Origin: Opitutia bacterium
GTDB taxonomy: Bacteria > Verrucomicrobiota > Verrucomicrobiia > Opitutales > T3Sed10-336
DNA: 64,000 nt
Direction of reading: 5' to 3'
Assembly (NCBI GenBank): GCA_003558065.1
Contig: PWMU01000050.1
Location: 11,656-75,655, forward strand
A program made the position numbers and the translations under genes. This document shows positions 60,458 to 64,000 of the stretch, in pieces. The notes beneath the pieces are model-generated. The model was not told where the DNA came from. It worked only from the letters and a program-made list of their open reading frames with translations, and did no database searches. Each line of letters starts with the position of its first letter. The stretch's first letter is position 1.

Positions 60458-60637
60458 ATGGCTGATCCAACCAGACGAGTAAAACCAACCGCCCCCTCGC
60501 CGGGCGGGGGAGGAGACGACGGAGGCGGTCCTTCTTCCCCGAAAGTCAACAAGCCAAAAACGGAGGAGCTTCTCAAGAAGATGCGCAAGGTCGATCCTGA
60601 CCAGTCCCGCCGCTACCGGCAACGGACCGGGGAGTGA
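60458..60637 (+). CDS. ubact: Pup-like small protein modifier, UBact type (59 aa)
   Basis: Not in the ORF track (<60 aa). ATG 60458 lies 9 nt after the dop stop, and the TGA is at 60635..60637. MADPTRRVKPTAPSPGGGGDDGGGPSSPKVNKPKTEELLKKMRKVDPDQSRRYRQRTGE has a Gly/Pro-rich disordered N-terminal half, a basic helical C-terminal half and a terminal Gly-Glu. It occupies the exact pup position between dop and prcB. Confidence 0.8.
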   Translation: MADPTRRVKPTAPSPGGGGDDGGGPSSPKVNKPKTEELLKKMRKVDPDQSRRYRQRTGE

Positions 60638-60830
60638 CCGGCAGGTGATCCCGCCGCTTTCCCGCCTTGCGTTTTGCTCCCCTAACGGGGATGTTGCCCG
60701 TTGCGGGTCTGCGGGTGCGGGTTTCAGACGCCGGAATCCTTATTCTCTCCCACACCTGCGAAACCCGGCCCTCAACCCTTGCCCGTCCTCGACACCCTGA
60801 AACCAGAAACCTGACGCCCGCGCATCCGCC

Positions 60831-61592
60831 ATGAACGGAGACTTCCTCTCCCTCCTCTCATCGAATCCGTTTTCCGGCCTTACGGTCGGCGAAAACTGTC
60901 CCCAGTTGCTCGAGGCGACCACGGTGTTCGCCTTCCATTTTTCCGAGGGCGTGGTCATGGCGGGCGACCATCGCGCGACCGCTGGGAACGTGGTGTTTTC
61001 CGATCGAACGGAGAAGATAATCGAGCTGGACAATCAGTCTCTGATCGCCATCGCGGGATCGCCGGCGGTGGCTTTCGAGATGGCACGAACGCTGCAAACG
61101 ACTTTCGAGTTCTACCGGCGAAGCCAACTGCAGGTACTCAGCCTCCCGGCCAAAGTCCGGGCGTTGTCGCGTCTCCTCCGCGACAACCTCCCGGGAACGC
61201 TCCAGGGGGTGGGCGCGGTTGCGCCGCTCTTTGCGGGGAGGGAGCCGGACGGCGATTCACCGCCGGGCATTTACTACTACGATCCGCTGGGCGCGCAGTT
61301 CGAGGCCGCCGGTTACGCGGCTTCCGGGTCCGGGTCCGGCAGTATTCGCAGCGTTCTTCACTACTTGACCCAATGGGGGAATCCGCGACCGGAGAAAAGG
61401 GATCGCGGCGAGGCGATCAACCTGGCCAACCGGCTCCTGCTGACCGCCGCCCAGTTCGATACCGCCACCGGCGGGGTCGATCCGTCCCGGCAGGTTTTCG
61501 CCACCATCCGGCTCCTCACCGCCGACGGCATTCATACGGTGACCGAGAAAGAGCAGGCGGCGGCCTGGAAGAAGGGAGGGGCCAATGATTGA
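60831..61592 (+). CDS. prcB: Proteasome beta subunit (PrcB) with a 29-aa propeptide
   Basis: ...QLLEA|TTVFAFHFSEGVVMAGDHRATAGNVVFSDRTEKII. Numbering from the first Thr (codon at 60918..60920) gives Thr1, Asp17 and Lys33, the canonical Ntn-hydrolase triad. SGSGS is present further on. Confidence 0.85.
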   Translation: MNGDFLSLLSSNPFSGLTVGENCPQLLEATTVFAFHFSEGVVMAGDHRATAGNVVFSDRTEKIIELDNQSLIAIAGSPAVAFEMARTLQTTFEFYRRSQLQVLSLPAKVRALSRLLRDNLPGTLQGVGAVAPLFAGREPDGDSPPGIYYYDPLGAQFEAAGYAASGSGSGSIRSVLHYLTQWGNPRPEKRDRGEAINLANRLLLTAAQFDTATGGVDPSRQVFATIRLLTADGIHTVTEKEQAAAWKKGGAND

Positions 61593-62310
61593 AGAACCGT
61601 ACCGGTGGCTCGAAGCGGTGGCCAACCGTCGCGAGTACATCCAGGACCAGCTCAGCGGTGCCACGCCGGTATTCGCCGTTTCCCGTCCCGAAGGGGTTTT
61701 CCTGCTCGGTGCGGGCCCCGGACGGTCGAAAGTGTTCGAGATCTACAACCGTCACGGCATGGCCGCCCTCGGCAATCCGGTCGATATCGAGAAGCTGCGC
61801 CAGGCAGTCATTGAAACCGCTCACCTCGAGGGGTTTAACCGGTCGGCGGACGATGTGACCCTGCGGCGCCTGGTCGGGTTTTCCATAAGTAATTCCCTCA
61901 AGAGCGCGTTCGAACAGATCGTCGCCGCGCCGCTCATTGTCGAGGCCCTCTTTGCCGAATGCGGGGCGACCCGCGAGGAGGACCTTCTCGTGCGGGTCCG
62001 CTTCGACGGGAGGCCGGAATACGCGACGGACGGTGTCTGCCTCGCATTTCCCGACCGTGATCGCGAGCGCGCCGCCGGCGAGTGGTTGCGGGGCCGATTG
62101 AGCGACTCGGACGGCCTCGGCCGGGTACGCGGGCTTTGCCTCACGGCCTGGTCGGCCCTGGTGGACGGCAAGGAGGATTTCGAAGCATTGAAGGTTCAGG
62201 AACCCCTTCCTTCCTCGCTCGCGAAACACGGCCTGGAAAGTGCCCTGATCGACCGGGCGAGCCCGGGGCCGGCCCAGTACCGGTCGCTTGCCGAAGGGGA
62301 GTTTCAGTAG
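61585..62310 (+). CDS. prcA: Proteasome alpha subunit (PrcA)
   Basis: 8-nt overlap with prcB. 241 aa with no N-terminal Thr. PVFAVSRPEGVFLLG...KVFEIYNRHGMAALGNPVDIEKLRQ is consistent with bacterial alpha subunits. The call rests mostly on position and weak similarity. Confidence 0.7.
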   Translation: MIEEPYRWLEAVANRREYIQDQLSGATPVFAVSRPEGVFLLGAGPGRSKVFEIYNRHGMAALGNPVDIEKLRQAVIETAHLEGFNRSADDVTLRRLVGFSISNSLKSAFEQIVAAPLIVEALFAECGATREEDLLVRVRFDGRPEYATDGVCLAFPDRDRERAAGEWLRGRLSDSDGLGRVRGLCLTAWSALVDGKEDFEALKVQEPLPSSLAKHGLESALIDRASPGPAQYRSLAEGEFQ

Positions 62311-62362
62311 GGCGTCCCGGGCTTGCGAGGCAGGTCCGGGCGCGCATAATCCGGGAGCGGGC

Positions 62363-63772
62363 ATGAATCACGGAAACGGCAATGGAAAGCGGGTGATCGG
62401 CCTGGAAACCGAATACGGTTGTCTTGCCGACCGCGACCTCGACCTGAGTCAGGTTTTGACCGAGGTTCGGAACTGGGTGTTCGAAGGCGGGCGCTTCGGG
62501 ATGATCGACCTGTATGAGCGCGAATGGGATGAGCCGGCGGGAAACGGGGGGTTTCTGTTCAACGGCGGGAGGCTCTACATCGACATGGGCCACATCGAGT
62601 ACTGCACGCCCGAATGTCTGAACGCCCGCGACGCCGTGCGTTACGACCGGGCGGGGGACCGGTTGCTGCAGACGGCAGTCCGGGCGCTGGGCTACGAAGG
62701 GCGGGTATTCTTCATTCGGAACAACATCGATCATCACACCGGCGCTACCTTCGGGTGCCATGAGAACTTCTCGATGGACCGTCTGGCTCCTTTCAGTGAA
62801 GCCAATATTCTTTCACTGCTCGCGTTCCTGACGCTCCGCCTCCTGTACACGGGAGCGGGTCGCGTGGGGGCCGCGGGGGGGCGTTTTTCGGTCGGTTGGC
62901 CCGACCAGGAGCCCGTCTTCGAGGGATTTCAATTGAGCCAGCGGGCGGATTATGTGCAGAACGATTTCTACGAGTGGGTGCAGCACAACCGTGCCATCGT
63001 CAATACGCGGGACGAGCCGCTTGCGGACCCTCTTGCTTACAGACGCCTTCACCTGCTTCACGGCGATACGAATGTCTTTCCGGCTACCACTTTCCTTAAG
63101 CTCGGGACGACCAGGCTGGTTCTTGACCTTCTCGAAGCCGATGCGCTTCCGCCGGTGGTCCTGCAGGATGCGGTGAGCGCTTTGCGCCGGATTTCGCGCC
63201 AGACCGATCCTCCCTGGCGGGTGCGTGACAGCCGTGGGCGGGAACGGGATGTGATTGATCTTCTGGACCGTTACCGGCGCGCGGCCGCCAGGTGCTTTTC
63301 CGGGCGCAATGAGGAAACGGATACGCTTCTGGAATTATGGGGGGACACCCTTGAGGGCCTCGCCCGCGGTGATGCCGGGGAGCTTGCCGGCCGAATCGAC
63401 TGGGTCGGCAAGCGCGAGCTGCTCGATGCTTTTCGCCGCGAGCAGGGGCTGGGTTGGAACGATCCCTGGATGCAGTCCCAGGATCTTGAGTTTCATCACA
63501 TTGATCCCCAGCGCGGACTCGGCTGCGCGTTGGCGGATTGCGACGGATTTTGGGCGACCGGTTGTATTGAAAATGCCATGACAGAGCCGCCCGAGGGATC
63601 AAGGGCCGGGGCCCGGAGCCGTCTGATGCGGGAAATTGAAAAGTCCGGCGGCCGTTATCACCTCGACTGGGACAGGGTCAATTTCCCGGGCGGCCGGACC
63701 TTTTGCATGAAGGATCCCTTCGAGACCCGCGCCGATCACCAGGAGACGTCCGGGTCGACGTCCTTTTCGTAG
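62363..63772 (+). CDS. pafA: PafA-like modifier ligase (Pup-ligase family)
   Basis: KRVIGLETEYG. No Dop-type loop. FLFNGGRLYIDMGHIEYCTPEC, GATFGCHENF, FQLSQRADY, VNTRDEPLAD. The C-terminal FCMKDPF is like Mtb PafA LCKDPF (memory). ATG 62363 is preferred over track start 62288, which overlaps prcA. Confidence 0.85.
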   Translation: MNHGNGNGKRVIGLETEYGCLADRDLDLSQVLTEVRNWVFEGGRFGMIDLYEREWDEPAGNGGFLFNGGRLYIDMGHIEYCTPECLNARDAVRYDRAGDRLLQTAVRALGYEGRVFFIRNNIDHHTGATFGCHENFSMDRLAPFSEANILSLLAFLTLRLLYTGAGRVGAAGGRFSVGWPDQEPVFEGFQLSQRADYVQNDFYEWVQHNRAIVNTRDEPLADPLAYRRLHLLHGDTNVFPATTFLKLGTTRLVLDLLEADALPPVVLQDAVSALRRISRQTDPPWRVRDSRGRERDVIDLLDRYRRAAARCFSGRNEETDTLLELWGDTLEGLARGDAGELAGRIDWVGKRELLDAFRREQGLGWNDPWMQSQDLEFHHIDPQRGLGCALADCDGFWATGCIENAMTEPPEGSRAGARSRLMREIEKSGGRYHLDWDRVNFPGGRTFCMKDPFETRADHQETSGSTSFS

Positions 63773-64000
63773 TCGATTCCCGGCATCCCGAAGCCGAAGA
63801 GCTGGTGGAAGTCGCTCTTGTAGCCTTCGATGTCGGTCACTGTGCGAATGTTTTCGGTCGTGACCTGGTCCCAGAGCGCCGCGACTTCTTTTTGAACATC
63901 CCCGCGCATCTCGAGATCGTCGAGCCGGACGCGGCCCCGGTCGTCAAAGTTGAGCGCGCGATGATTGTACATTTGCGTGGCGAGCAGACGGTGCATCTGC
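63736..64000 (-). CDS. fabV: Enoyl-ACP/CoA reductase FabV, C-terminal part (5' end beyond the window)
   Basis: ...RLDDLEMRGDVQKEVAALWDQVTTENIRTVTDIEGYKSDFHQLFGFGMPGIDYEKDVDPDVSW* matches the FabV/TER C-terminus (memory). The frame is open to the window edge. It converges on pafA with a 37-nt overlap. Confidence 0.7.
   Translation of the reverse strand, partial: QMHRLLATQMYNHRALNFDDRGRVRLDDLEMRGDVQKEVAALWDQVTTENIRTVTDIEGYKSDFHQLFGFGMPGIDYEKDVDPDVSW

Noticed and set aside
60573-60755. 60-aa minus-strand ORF overlapping the modifier gene.
   Set aside because: It is R/P-rich, antisense to the well-positioned modifier ORF, and has no start context or motifs.
62288-62362. Upstream start of the PafA-like ORF, plus similar long 5' extensions of track ORFs at 4910..5473, 37652..38701, 19023..20699, 51901..53616, 53493..54938 and 54892..55623.
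   Set aside because: The extensions are low-complexity, overlap upstream genes or repeats, and precede internal ATGs that give canonical N-termini or signal peptides.

Overview
This is a GC-rich chromosomal window (well above 55% by eye; not computed) that is almost entirely coding. Its gene content fits a Gram-negative polysaccharide degrader, probably from the PVC group (inference). It includes a secreted sulfatase, beta-helix and DUF4838-like enzymes, Gfo/Idh/MocA and FAD oxidoreductases, an Mla lipid-transport operon, AsmA-like giant proteins and GC-rich palindromic intergenic repeats. I support about 50 protein genes and saw no rRNA, tRNA, CRISPR array, transposase or integrase.

The main result is a complete Pup-like tagging and proteasome locus at 57.1-63.8 kb:
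- an Mpa/ARC-type AAA ATPase
- a Dop-like enzyme
- a 59-codon modifier ORF, below the ORF-track cutoff, ending ...RYRQRTGE
- a proteasome beta subunit with Thr1/Asp17/Lys33
- a proteasome alpha subunit
- a PafA-like ligase

This matches the 'UBact'-type system of Gram-negatives. As far as I recall, that system has only been predicted in silico.

Other items worth a second look:
- a methanol-type corrinoid methyltransferase operon (MtaC, MtaB, RamA-like activase, MtaA-like)
- gdhA interrupted by an in-frame TAA at codon 13
- a decayed toxin-antitoxin and DndC-tail islet next to REP-like repeats
- an Mla operon led by an uncharacterised WPF-repeat protein
- a sigma54-like promoter upstream of tandem hsp20 genes
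- a degenerate KaiC-like domain fused to a PEP-utilising ATP-grasp domain

Many long ORFs in the track are antisense shadow ORFs typical of high-GC DNA and were rejected.
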